In this document: one piece after another, positions 19,832 to 29,025 of the stretch | Layout: each line of letters opens with the position of its first letter | Position numbering within the stretch: position 1 is the first letter of the stretch | Assembly (NCBI GenBank): GCA_963826535.1 | Contig: CAWGXL010000011.1 | Span: 728,581-792,580 of the forward strand | Length of the DNA stretch: 64,000 nucleotides | Source of the DNA: an uncultured bacterium | Lineage (GTDB): Bacteria; Patescibacteriota; Microgenomatia; Levybacterales; UBA12049 | Reading direction: 5' to 3' | Position numbers and translations under genes: made by a program | The notes under the pieces: generated by a model | What the model saw: only the letters and a program-made list of their open reading frames with translations | Told to the model about the DNA's origin: nothing | The model's database searches: none

Positions 19832-21349
19832 ATGCTGAAGCTTTATAATTCACTTACACGCAGGATTGAAGAAATTAAAACTATTAATCCTCAGTTTGTT
19901 AATATGTATTCTTGCGGGCCGACGGTGTATCAGTTTGCGCATATTGGAAATTTCCGGGCTTTTTCTACGGCGGATATTTTGGTGAGAGTTTTGCGAGGAG
20001 TAGGAGTAGATTCAAAATTTGTGATGAATATTACGGATGTGGGGCATTTGACAAATGACCAAGTGGGTGGAGCGGATACAGGGGAGGATAAGATAGAGAA
20101 GACAGCAATGAGAGAGGGAAAGAGTGCGCGTGAGGTGGCGGATTTTTATACGGAGGCTTTTTTAAGGGATTATAATGCGCTGAATTTATCCGAGCCTGCA
20201 GTTTTTGCTAAGGCGACTGATCATATAAAGGAACAGATTGAACTTATCGCGCAGCTGACGAAAAAAGGGTTTACGTACAGAACTAATGACGGAGTTTATT
20301 TTGATACGGCAAAATTTCCAAACTACGGGAAAATGTCGTCGCTTGATCAGTTGAAGGAAGGCGCACGGGTAGAAGTAAATCCAGAGAAGCATAACCCGAG
20401 GGATTTTGCGTTGTGGAAGTTTAGTGGCTTAAAATCCCCCCAGCCCCCTTTAAGTAAAGGGGGAGCCGAAGACGGGGGATTTAGTCAGCGTCAAATGGAG
20501 TGGGATAGTCCTTGGGGAGTGGGTTTTCCGGGCTGGCATATTGAATGCAGCGCAATGAGTTTAAAATACTTGACGGAAGCATTTGACTCAAAAGGACGGC
20601 TTAGAATAGAGGGCAAAAAAAATTATACCATTGATATTCATACGGGCGGAGTGGATCATAAGGAGATTCATCATCCGAATGAAATTGCGCAGTCAGAAGG
20701 CGCGACAGGGAAGAAATTTGTTATGTATTGGATGCATACGGCTTTTATGATGGTGGCAGGTCAGAAGATGAGTAAGAGCCTTGGGAATATTTATACTCTC
20801 TATGATCTTGAGAAAGAAGGTTACGATTCCCTGGCATTGAGATACTTATATTTCCAAACACATTACCGGCAGGAGATGAATTTTACTTTTCCAGCATTGG
20901 ATGGTGCATCACAAGCGCTTAAAAAATTACGAATGGAAGTTGCAAAGTGGGGTTTACCAAATGGAAGGGTGCCGGAATTTGAAGAGCGATTTATTGAGGC
21001 GGTAAATGATGATTTGAATATGTCAAAGGCGTTGTCTATTGTTTGGGAGTTGGTGAAATCGGCGAATCCGCCAGCTGCGAAAGCAGGTAGTATTTTTAAA
21101 ATGGATGAAATATTGGGTTTTGATCTACAGAAGGGAAGCGCAGTTCTCGCGACAGAGAGGCAGATAGTTCCTCCTGAAGTGAAGGAACTTTTGCGGGAGA
21201 GAAATGTGCTGCGAAAGGCACGAAAGTTTAGTATGGCAGATCAGATGCGAAAGAAAATTAAGGATCTTGGATATGAGATTGAGGATACAAAGAAAGGGAC
21301 GAGGGTACGAATAATAAATTCAAAATCCAAAATTACAAATTCCAAATAA
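19832..21349 (+). CDS. cysS: cysteine--tRNA ligase
   Basis: HIGH-type AHIGNFRAF and KMSKSLGN motifs. Contains the in-frame palindromic insert at 20432-20482. The C-terminal tail is encoded by the AT-rich repeat. Confidence 0.9.
   Translation: MLKLYNSLTRRIEEIKTINPQFVNMYSCGPTVYQFAHIGNFRAFSTADILVRVLRGVGVDSKFVMNITDVGHLTNDQVGGADTGEDKIEKTAMREGKSAREVADFYTEAFLRDYNALNLSEPAVFAKATDHIKEQIELIAQLTKKGFTYRTNDGVYFDTAKFPNYGKMSSLDQLKEGARVEVNPEKHNPRDFALWKFSGLKSPQPPLSKGGAEDGGFSQRQMEWDSPWGVGFPGWHIECSAMSLKYLTEAFDSKGRLRIEGKKNYTIDIHTGGVDHKEIHHPNEIAQSEGATGKKFVMYWMHTAFMMVAGQKMSKSLGNIYTLYDLEKEGYDSLALRYLYFQTHYRQEMNFTFPALDGASQALKKLRMEVAKWGLPNGRVPEFEERFIEAVNDDLNMSKALSIVWELVKSANPPAAKAGSIFKMDEILGFDLQKGSAVLATERQIVPPEVKELLRERNVLRKARKFSMADQMRKKIKDLGYEIEDTKKGTRVRIINSKSKITNSK
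20432..20482. repeat. GC-rich nested-palindrome mini-element, in frame inside cysS
   Basis: AAATCCCCCCAGCCCCCTTTAAGTAAAGGGGGAGCCGAAGACGGGGGATTT. Encodes [17 protein letters not shown]. Confidence 0.75.
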
Positions 21350-21445
21350 ATACAAATATTTAAATTCAAATATCAAAACATGTTTTGGATTTAATTATTT
21401 TAAATTTGATATTATTTGTGATTTGGTGCTTTGAATTTTTGATTT
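21313..21445. repeat. AT-rich palindromic intergenic repeat (copy 4), overlapping the last about 12 codons of cysS
   Basis: AATTCAAAATCCAAAATTACAAATTCCAAATAA ... GATATTATTTGTGATTTGGTGCTTTGAATTTTTGA. Confidence 0.7.
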
Positions 21446-21452
21446 AATTATT

Positions 21453-22520
21453 ATGCATTTTAAAGATTTTCTTAAGGATTCTGCGAAAGAGATAGATAAG
21501 GAATTAGAGCTGTACTTTACAAAATGGAGTAGAGATGTTGAACATATTTCTCCAAGGCTTTTGCCCTACGCTAATGCTTTGGCTGATGCTTGCCGCGGGG
21601 GGAAAAGGATTAGGGGGGCACTTGTGAAGTTGGGATATATGATGGCGAATGGCGAGCGAATGGCGAATAGAAACGAGATTTTAAAGGTGGCTGTTGCATT
21701 TGAGATCTTTCAGGCGGCAATATTGGCTCATGATGATATTATTGATAAAAGCTTGCTTCGTCGGGGGAAACCGTCGCTTTATTCACAACTAGGCGGAGAC
21801 CATTCAGGAGTTTCAAGGGCTATTTGTCTTGGGGATATTGGATTTTTTTTGGCTTTTCAGTTGATAGCAGCTAGCGACTTTCCAGATAAATCTAAAAATA
21901 ACGCATTGGGGTTTTTCAGTAGGATGATGCTAGACACTGGTATAGGGGAATTATTGGATGTAGAGTTGGGACAAATCCCCCCCAACCCCCCTTTAATAAA
22001 GGGGGGCAATGGGGGATTTCTTTATGATGATGTTATTACTGTATATAAGTTTAAAACGGCTTATTATTCGATTTCTGCTCCTTTAATGGTTGGTGGCGTA
22101 CTTGGAGGGCTTGAGGATTATAAAATTAACGCGATCAGAATATTTGGACAGAATTTGGGAATCGCTTTTCAGATACAGGATGATATTAATGACATATTTT
22201 CGGAAGAAAAGCTGTTGGGGAAAGAATTGGGCGGAGATATAAAGGAGGGGAAGCAAACATTACTGTATATCTATGCCAAGGAACACGCAAATAGAAAACA
22301 GAGAGATTTACTTAAGAAATATTATGGAAACTCTGAAATCGGACTGCCGGAGCTCGCGGATATAAAAGAAGTGTTTAAAAAGAGTGGGGCGCTTGAATAC
22401 GCGTCATCCGAGGCCGAGAGATACGCTCACAAGGCAACGGAATCTATTCCTGAAATTACGCAAAATGAAAAGTTTCGTAAAATGTTTTTTGAGATGGCGG
22501 AGTATTTTGTGAAAAAATGA
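21453..22520 (+). CDS. polyprenyl diphosphate synthase (IspA/GGPP synthase family)
   Basis: FARM LAHDDIID and SARM IQDDINDIF Asp-rich motifs. Contains the in-frame palindromic insert at 21973-22019. Confidence 0.8.
   Translation: MHFKDFLKDSAKEIDKELELYFTKWSRDVEHISPRLLPYANALADACRGGKRIRGALVKLGYMMANGERMANRNEILKVAVAFEIFQAAILAHDDIIDKSLLRRGKPSLYSQLGGDHSGVSRAICLGDIGFFLAFQLIAASDFPDKSKNNALGFFSRMMLDTGIGELLDVELGQIPPNPPLIKGGNGGFLYDDVITVYKFKTAYYSISAPLMVGGVLGGLEDYKINAIRIFGQNLGIAFQIQDDINDIFSEEKLLGKELGGDIKEGKQTLLYIYAKEHANRKQRDLLKKYYGNSEIGLPELADIKEVFKKSGALEYASSEAERYAHKATESIPEITQNEKFRKMFFEMAEYFVKK
21973..22019. repeat. GC-rich nested-palindrome mini-element, in frame inside the polyprenyl synthase gene
   Basis: AAATCCCCCCCAACCCCCCTTTAATAAAGGGGGGCAATGGGGGATTT. 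Encodes QIPPNPPLIKGGNGGF. Confidence 0.75.
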
Positions 22521-22526
22521 TAATTT

Positions 22527-23315
22527 ATGACTAAAAATATAATTCCAAAACATATAGCTTTTATTATGGATGGTAATAGGCGGTGGGCGAGAAAGAGAAT
22601 GTTGCCGGTTATTGCGGGGCATCATAAGGGTGCGGAATTGATTGAGCCACTCGTGGAGTATGCTGCGAAGCGGGGCATAAGCCATATTACTTTTTGGGCA
22701 TTTTCTTCTGAGAATTGGAAGCGGGGGGATAAAGAGTTAGGGTTTTTGATGCGAGTTTTTCGAGAGTTTATAAAGAGTGCAGTTGTTAATAGAATGATGG
22801 AGAAAGGTGTGAGTGTGAAGGTTATTGGTGATATTGAATCTTTCCCGGAAGATATTGTCATGGGTGTTAAGGAGATTGTTGAAAAGAGTAGAAATAATAA
22901 GACGATTACAGCAACTTTCGCGCTGAATTATGGAGGAAGACAAGAAATTTTATTGGCAGTAAATACACTTTTGAAGGAGTATATGAGTTCGAATAAAAAT
23001 TTTCAGTTGTTGGAAACTGAAATCCGAAATCCGAAATCCGAAATCCGAAACAATGTTCAAAATTCAAATAACAAATTTTCAAAACAATTAATCAATGAGA
23101 AGATATTTTCTTCCTATCTTTATACTTCCGATTTGCCGGATCCGGATTTGATTGTGAGGACCGGTGGGGAGATGAGGTTAAGTGGTTTTTTGCCTTGGCA
23201 GACTGTGTATAGTGAATTGTATTTTACGGATAAATATTGGCCGGATTTTGATGAGAAACAATTTGAACTAGCACTGGAAGAATATGGAAATAGAGAAAGA
23301 AGATTTGGGAAATGA
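22527..23315 (+). CDS. uppS: undecaprenyl diphosphate synthase (cis-isoprenyl transferase)
   Basis: HIAFIMDGNRRWA motif. Contains an inserted low-complexity segment with a heptamer x4 repeat. Confidence 0.85.
   Translation: MTKNIIPKHIAFIMDGNRRWARKRMLPVIAGHHKGAELIEPLVEYAAKRGISHITFWAFSSENWKRGDKELGFLMRVFREFIKSAVVNRMMEKGVSVKVIGDIESFPEDIVMGVKEIVEKSRNNKTITATFALNYGGRQEILLAVNTLLKEYMSSNKNFQLLETEIRNPKSEIRNNVQNSNNKFSKQLINEKIFSSYLYTSDLPDPDLIVRTGGEMRLSGFLPWQTVYSELYFTDKYWPDFDEKQFELALEEYGNRERRFGK
23019..23046 (+). repeat. heptanucleotide microsatellite (GAAATCC)x4 inside uppS
   Basis: A perfect 4-unit array followed by an AT-rich repeat-like sequence, TTCAAAATTCAAATAACAAATTTTCAAAAC, all in frame. Confidence 0.8.
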
Positions 23316-23344
23316 AGTTTGGTTTTTGTTTGTCAGTTGACGGA

Positions 23345-23944
23345 TTAGATTTTAGCCGTTGGAGTAGGGTTTTTGAGTTTTTTTCCGTTTTTGAGACCTA
23401 CGAATTGATTGGTACCTGAATGTAATTTGTGAGTAAATGTTATTTGCCTGTTAGGAAGAATATTTTTAGTATCGTATTGAAGTATTATTTTCATAAGCGC
23501 GATGCTTTTTTTAAGTGCAGCGGGTAAGAGGTCGTGATCTTTTAAGGAGCAACTGATATGGATATGGAACAATCCTTTTGGATCGCGTTTCCAGTTCCAT
23601 CTGGTTCTTCCGGAATAGACCGCAGATTTATATCCTTTGGCGATCTTCGACTGACACATGTATTCCAGAAGAATATGTTCGAATAAATGACCGATTTCGG
23701 TCTTTTTTACTTCTTGAAAAAAGGGTAGGTTTTCGTCATTGAAGCATTCAGTCGTGAGGACGCTTGGTAAGAAATTTTTTAAAACGTCGAAGACATGGGG
23801 GATGTCTGCTGTATTAATTGGGTCTCTTAGCATCAGCATTTTAATTTTTGTGGAGTTTGTATTTTGTTGGATGAAAAGTGAGAAAATATTCTCGATATTG
23901 TAAGTATTTGGATAGGAAAGTGGTGTCAGTAATTGATTCTTCAT
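23345..23944 (-). CDS. hypothetical protein
   Basis: 199-aa ORF. No motif recognised. Confidence 0.35.
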   Translation of the reverse strand: MKNQLLTPLSYPNTYNIENIFSLFIQQNTNSTKIKMLMLRDPINTADIPHVFDVLKNFLPSVLTTECFNDENLPFFQEVKKTEIGHLFEHILLEYMCQSKIAKGYKSAVYSGRTRWNWKRDPKGLFHIHISCSLKDHDLLPAALKKSIALMKIILQYDTKNILPNRQITFTHKLHSGTNQFVGLKNGKKLKNPTPTAKI

Positions 23945-24064
23945 TTAGGCACAGCATTTACGTTTTTCTTACTGGTACTTTACTAACTTTATACATTTTT
24001 AAAAAACATGTCAAGCTGGTCAGGTATTTGATTTCAGCCATAATTTTTGTAATAATATATTGTA

Positions 24065-24283
24065 ATGAATCACATTTTGAAAGCTCAGACTATTATACGA
24101 AACCCGGCACTGGTTCATAAGGTGAAGGGCATAATAAGAAAGGGAATAAAAAGCGATGAAGAGATTAAGGCGTATGTTATAAAAAGATTGAATGATGATT
24201 TTCAAAATGAAATGAGTCAAATTGAGGAGGAGCAGGAAAAGATACTTAGGGAATTTACCGAACTAAAGAAAAATGAACAGTGA
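24065..24283 (+). CDS. small hypothetical protein
   Basis: 72-aa charged ORF. Its stop overlaps the start of the next ORF. Confidence 0.3.
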   Translation: MNHILKAQTIIRNPALVHKVKGIIRKGIKSDEEIKAYVIKRLNDDFQNEMSQIEEEQEKILREFTELKKNEQ

Positions 24284-25325
24284 ACCTGGAGAAAAATTGG
24301 TGGAAAGGCCTAAAGAGAAAAGAGAGTCAAAAACTATTCCAACGATTACGGAAGCACTTGTTAGAACGGTCGTTGAAAATTTGGGTGGCATGAATAAGTC
24401 TTTAGACCGTGTCGAAAAGCGCAATGTCTCTATTGAGGAAGGGGCTGCAAATATTCCGGGTGAACAAGGAGACAAAATTAAAGTGCGAAGCCGGGGACTT
24501 CTAGATCGGGCTAAAAATACTACGAAGCGTTATAAGGAAGCATTGGCTATGTATGCTCGACTTATTGTAATCGGCAGTATAGGTGGCGCTATACCTACAA
24601 TGCAGGAACCGGTATATCATGAGGCGACTTATCAGGAACAGGTTGCGCGGGCAAGATGGGAAATGGAGACAAAAGGGATTACTACAGAACAAAGGGGGAC
24701 TTATGTGCCTGTAGTGAATGATCTTATTAATAAAAGTGTGTTACCATTTGGTTATGGAGGAGAACAAAGTACGAGTGGTTCAATTATTCCACTACAAGCT
24801 ATAAAGGAAGCAATACCAAATATAATTTTTGGGAGGATATCCGATGTGCCAACTGCTGAGGATGCGTGGCGGCTGTATCTTGGAATTCCCCAGAAGAATA
24901 AAACATTTGACATATCTGATTACCAGCCGTCAAAAAGCACGGAGCAAAAATATTATTATAAAATTAATGATTTTTGGGAGAAATTGGTCGAAGAAAACCA
25001 TGGAGATGGCCGGGCAATGGTGCGGAAAGCGCTATATTGGATGGAAGAAGGAGGACTGCCAGAGCCAAGAGGTATTAATGTGATGCTTAATTTTAAGATG
25101 CATAAAGGTGAAGATGAGAGGGGTTCTTATATCTCATATTATGACATATGGGATCTTGATAAGATTCCGATTGAGGGGAATGGATTTTTTGGTAAACCGT
25201 ATGAGTTATATGACCGCTTATATTATAATCCTAAAACATTAGAGCCAATCCGGTTGGTTGAATTACCTACATCTTCACAGGGGCAGAGAAAAGAAAATAC
25301 CGCTGTAGTTGGAGGTAAAAGATGA
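24273..25325 (+). CDS. hypothetical protein
   Basis: 350-aa ORF translationally coupled to its neighbours on both sides. Confidence 0.4.
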   Translation: MNSEPGEKLVERPKEKRESKTIPTITEALVRTVVENLGGMNKSLDRVEKRNVSIEEGAANIPGEQGDKIKVRSRGLLDRAKNTTKRYKEALAMYARLIVIGSIGGAIPTMQEPVYHEATYQEQVARARWEMETKGITTEQRGTYVPVVNDLINKSVLPFGYGGEQSTSGSIIPLQAIKEAIPNIIFGRISDVPTAEDAWRLYLGIPQKNKTFDISDYQPSKSTEQKYYYKINDFWEKLVEENHGDGRAMVRKALYWMEEGGLPEPRGINVMLNFKMHKGEDERGSYISYYDIWDLDKIPIEGNGFFGKPYELYDRLYYNPKTLEPIRLVELPTSSQGQRKENTAVVGGKR

Positions 25326-25912
25326 CAAACGAGGAATTGGTGGCAGCTTGGGTTAAGCAGGTGAATAGATTAATTTCGCTAGGTTTTAATCGAGAAATTG
25401 GAAAATCGGAAGGTACATATCGTCGCTTATTACCTTTATTTACTCATCAGCCTGAAGCATACAAAGGTAGATTTGAAATTCCTTTACTAGTTGATCCACG
25501 AATTTCACTCAAGAAACAGCATAAATTAGCCGGAATAAGTTCAACTATACATGAAGAGAAGATTGTAGATACTATAAAAATTCCTGATGTTCCATATGCG
25601 ATTTGGACACATGATGCTAATCGATACCGTCAATTTTCAGTGAAAGACGCAATCGGTAAATTTCAAGCTGATGAAATGAGTTGTCCTCAAATGGAGGTGA
25701 CTGCACTGTATATTCAATACCCTGAGTTTTTTAAAGATCATGGGGTAGATGCAACCGGCTCACTATATGGCGCAGATGGTGTGCCTTGTATCAATACTTT
25801 TTTTGGTAAGCCGGAGATGAGTCATGGGTCTCTTGATCATCCTGATAGCCGTTGGGGTCCATTATCCAGGGGGCGCAAAATTCAATTTGCTGCAAATATT
25901 TCTGGGCATTGA
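25322..25912 (+). CDS. hypothetical protein
   Basis: 196-aa ORF whose start overlaps the previous stop (ATGA). Confidence 0.4.
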   Translation: MTNEELVAAWVKQVNRLISLGFNREIGKSEGTYRRLLPLFTHQPEAYKGRFEIPLLVDPRISLKKQHKLAGISSTIHEEKIVDTIKIPDVPYAIWTHDANRYRQFSVKDAIGKFQADEMSCPQMEVTALYIQYPEFFKDHGVDATGSLYGADGVPCINTFFGKPEMSHGSLDHPDSRWGPLSRGRKIQFAANISGH

Positions 25913-25956
25913 CAAGCATTTAGTTATTGTGTTTTAATATTGTTATCTTCAGTGTA

Positions 25957-26012
25957 GAAGTAAGACAAGGAAGTCCTCGGTAAAGTTAAGACAAGGAAGT
26001 CCACAATACGGT
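25957..26012 (+). promoter_or_regulatory. tandem direct repeat AGT(T)AAGACAAGGAAGTCC...CGGTAA x2 upstream of amt
   Basis: Two units of about 28 nt immediately 5' of the AT-rich repeat and amt. Confidence 0.4.
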
Positions 26013-26140
26013 AAATTCAAAATTCAAAATTACAAATCCTAAATAATATCAAAATTCAAATAACTAAATCCAAAACGTGTTTTGATATTTGAATTTAAAT
26101 ATTTGTATTTATTTGGAATTTGGTGCTTTGAGTTTTGAAT
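26013..26140. repeat. AT-rich palindromic intergenic repeat (copy 5), immediately 5' of amt
   Basis: AAATTCAAAATTCAAAATTACAAATCCTAAATAATATCAAAATTCAAATAA...TTTGGAATTTGGTGCTTTGAGTTTTGAATTTTG. Confidence 0.65.
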
Positions 26141-26150
26141 TTTGTTAATT

Positions 26151-27380
26151 ATGGAGAATATTAATTCAGGGGATACAGCTTGGTTACTTGCTTCGGCGGC
26201 TTTGGTTATGATTATGACTCCGGCGCTGGGGTTTTTCTATGGGGGGCTAGTGCGGCGAAAAAATGTTCTCTCTACGATCATGCATAGCTTTTTTATTCTG
26301 GCGCTTATTAGTGTGCAGTGGGTGCTTTTTGGATATAGTCTTGCATTCGGGCCGGATTACTATGGGATTATTGGTAATCTTTCATGGATTGGATTAAATG
26401 GGGTGGGTCTCGAACCAAATGCGGATTATGCGGGGACTGTTCCTCATATGGCTTTTATGGCGTTTCAGATGATGTTTGCGGTTATTACACCTGCTCTTAT
26501 TACCGGGGCTTTTGCGGAGAGAAAAAAGTTTAAAGCATTTGTATTGTTTAGCTTATTGTGGGCAACGCTGGTTTATGATCCTGTTGCGCATTGGGTTTGG
26601 GGGACAGGCGGTTGGTTACGGGCACTGGGGGCATTGGATTTTGCGGGAGGAACTGTTGTGCATATTACGTCAGGAGTGTCTGCATTGGTTGCCGCGATTA
26701 TGTTGGGAAAACGCAGCGGTTTTGGCCATACACGCATGGATCCGCATGATGCTACCATGACTATTTTGGGCGCGGCTCTTCTTTGGTTTGGTTGGTTCGG
26801 GTTTAATGCAGGAAGCGCGCTGACTTCGGGGGCATTGGCAGCCTTGGCATTTGTTACTACCAATACGGCGGCTGCGATGGGGGCTCTTACTTGGATGACT
26901 ATGGATTGGGTTGTTCATAAAAGGCCGAGTGTTTTGGGTATGGCGGCCGGAGCAGTGGCAGGACTCGTTGCAATCACACCGGCAGCGGGATTTGTGACAG
27001 TCACGGCAGCAATAATTATTGGTTTTGCCGCTGGAATATTGTGTTTCTCAGCTATAAAGTTGAAGAATAAATTGAAGATTGATGATGCTTTGGATGTATT
27101 TGCAGTGCATGGGGTTGGAGGGACTGTTGGCGCTATTGCAGTGGGTATTTTTGCAACAGTCACAGTGAATTCAGCAGGTGTGAATGGATTATTCTATGGT
27201 AATCCAAATCAACTTGTTATTCAATTGACTGCCGTTGTATCCGTGTGGATCTATTCAATGATTATGACTTTTATTATTTTGAAGGTTGTAGACTTAGTTG
27301 TGGGTACTCGAGTTGATAAGAAAGAGGAAATATTGGGGCTTGATATGTCGCAACATGGGGAAAGCGCATATAGATTGTAA
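26151..27380 (+). CDS. amt: ammonium transporter
   Basis: Amt signature DFAGGTVVHITSGVSALVAAIMLGKR. 11 TM helices. ATG at 26151 (the track uses TTG at 26142). Confidence 0.85.
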   Translation: MENINSGDTAWLLASAALVMIMTPALGFFYGGLVRRKNVLSTIMHSFFILALISVQWVLFGYSLAFGPDYYGIIGNLSWIGLNGVGLEPNADYAGTVPHMAFMAFQMMFAVITPALITGAFAERKKFKAFVLFSLLWATLVYDPVAHWVWGTGGWLRALGALDFAGGTVVHITSGVSALVAAIMLGKRSGFGHTRMDPHDATMTILGAALLWFGWFGFNAGSALTSGALAALAFVTTNTAAAMGALTWMTMDWVVHKRPSVLGMAAGAVAGLVAITPAAGFVTVTAAIIIGFAAGILCFSAIKLKNKLKIDDALDVFAVHGVGGTVGAIAVGIFATVTVNSAGVNGLFYGNPNQLVIQLTAVVSVWIYSMIMTFIILKVVDLVVGTRVDKKEEILGLDMSQHGESAYRL

Positions 27381-27425
27381 GCCCTCCTTCGCTAAAGCTA
27401 CGGCGAGGTAAAGAGGTGGAAGTTT

Positions 27426-27527
27426 ATGATTGATTGGCTAACTATACTTTCATTTGTGACATTTGCTATTTTGCTCATTGCCTGGATAGCATTACCGGGC
27501 ACCATTAGGTACCCGGATTCAGCTTAA
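27426..27527 (+). CDS. candidate 33-aa single-TM small protein downstream of amt
   Basis: MIDWLTILSFVTFAILLIAWIALPGTIRYPDSA with GAGGTGGA 7 nt upstream of the ATG. Below the ORF-track size cut-off. Confidence 0.3.
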   Translation: MIDWLTILSFVTFAILLIAWIALPGTIRYPDSA

Positions 27528-27647
27528 GTTATACAAGATTTTGTATAACTGACTTCATAACTAATTGGCTTGAGCTCATAACCGAAGTTCTAACCCATAC
27601 TCTTCTAAAATGCGAGGGGATCTACTTTGAATATTTTGTAAATTAAT

Positions 27648-27863
27648 CTACATACTTGCCGTCTTACCCATACTCATTCCAAGAGCTTGCATAACGTCTT
27701 CGGCTGATTTATATGTTCCTTCAGGAAGATTGCTTTCAAACCATTTTTTATCCTCATCCGAAAAATCAGATAGCATATTGCATTCTGCTACAAGTTCTTC
27801 TTTCGTAGCCGGATACTTTTGGTGTTGTTTTAGATGCATGCTAGCATTTTTCATGTCCTTCAT
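27648..27863 (-). CDS. DUF2795-like small protein
   Basis: Pattern YPATKEELV...LPEGTYKSAEDVMQAL resembles the DUF2795 family. Confidence 0.5.
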   Translation of the reverse strand: MKDMKNASMHLKQHQKYPATKEELVAECNMLSDFSDEDKKWFESNLPEGTYKSAEDVMQALGMSMGKTASM

Positions 27864-28155
27864 AAATTTTCCACCACCTTGTATGTTAGTAACTAATGTT
27901 AAACTATACCTTCCTTGTCATTCCCATGAAAATGGGAATCTATACAAATAAAGTTGTGGATTCCCGCTTTCGCGGGAATGATGATGTGTATGTTGTTACT
28001 AATTTTAGTTTCGCAAGAATATAATGGAATAATATAAAGGAAGCGTATTGGGTTGGTAAGAGATTTGAGGCGGAAGATTCAAAACGTTTTTCAGAGATGG
28101 TAAGGATGGGGGATGGGATTTGTGTGTTTAAGTATAAGAAGATGTATTAACTTTT

Positions 28156-28503
28156 TTACCTGCGAATCGGTGTAGGGGATGGTTTAGATGGTAATGGATA
28201 GAAGGTGGGGGTGGGTTTAGGACGGCAGAAGCCGGATTTGCAATTTTTCGAGCAACACTGGACGCTTATAAAGCAATTACTATTGAGGCTGCGGCATGCA
28301 GATGCCGGCGCGGGGGAGTTTCTTATTAGTAGGGACGAAGGATTTGCGGCATGCGCTGCTGTTTGTTGCCTGGTATATTTCTGTGTGTAAGTTATTGTCA
28401 TTGTGGCAATGAGAAACAAAAATATTAACAAAGTTGCTAAAAGAGGTATAAAATTTTCTCTAAAGAAATTGCGGGAACGGTTTTTATTCCTAGTCAATGC
28501 CAT
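28156..28503 (-). CDS. small membrane-anchored Cys-rich protein with a knottin-like framework
   Basis: N-terminal TM, then ACRSLNSNCFISVQCCSKNCKSGFCRP, i.e. C-x6-C-x5-CC-x3-C-x4-C. Confidence 0.4.
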   Translation of the reverse strand: MALTRNKNRSRNFFRENFIPLLATLLIFLFLIATMTITYTQKYTRQQTAAHAANPSSLLIRNSPAPASACRSLNSNCFISVQCCSKNCKSGFCRPKPTPTFYPLPSKPSPTPIRR

Positions 28504-28651
28504 AGTAAATAAAATCTTATATCTATTTAAGATTATGATTTCGAAACTAATTTGTCAAGAGATATATATTATTATGGGATTGGTTGTTTGGTGGTATTAG
28601 GGGAAAAAGTTTGTTTGTAAACAGGCAACTTAGTTGGTGTACAATGGATGT

Positions 28652-29014
28652 ATGGAGACGAATTCTATTTGTAAATCGTGTCAAAATCCTATTGCGCCTA
28701 CTTATTTTTTTTGTCCGTATTGCGGTAAGAAATTGCGGGAGCCTCCAATGCCCACCTCGGTTTGGAAGCAGATTGGTATTTATTTGTTTGCTGTTTTTGT
28801 TCCGCCTTTTGGATTGATACCGGGAATCAGATATATTCGTCAACCGGATAATAAATCTAAAGTTGTTGGGATCGTGACGCTTCTTTTGACCGGAATTTCT
28901 TTGTTGGTAAGCGTGTACTATTTTATGGAATTTATGCAATATTTTAATCTATTTTTCAGTAGTCCGCTGGGAATTGATAATGCAGGGATTGATCCTTTGA
29001 ACGGCTTGCAATAA
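28652..29014 (+). CDS. zinc-ribbon (CxxC...CxxC) membrane protein
   Basis: CKSC...CPYC N-terminus followed by two TM helices. Start at an internal Met (track start 28634). Confidence 0.5.
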   Translation: METNSICKSCQNPIAPTYFFCPYCGKKLREPPMPTSVWKQIGIYLFAVFVPPFGLIPGIRYIRQPDNKSKVVGIVTLLLTGISLLVSVYYFMEFMQYFNLFFSSPLGIDNAGIDPLNGLQ

Positions 29015-29025
29015 ATTTTTAAGTT

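Noticed and set aside
27535-27600. AT-only inverted repeat TTATACAA-N4-TTGTATAA after amt as an intrinsic terminator
   Set aside because: The stem has no GC pairs and there is no U-tract.
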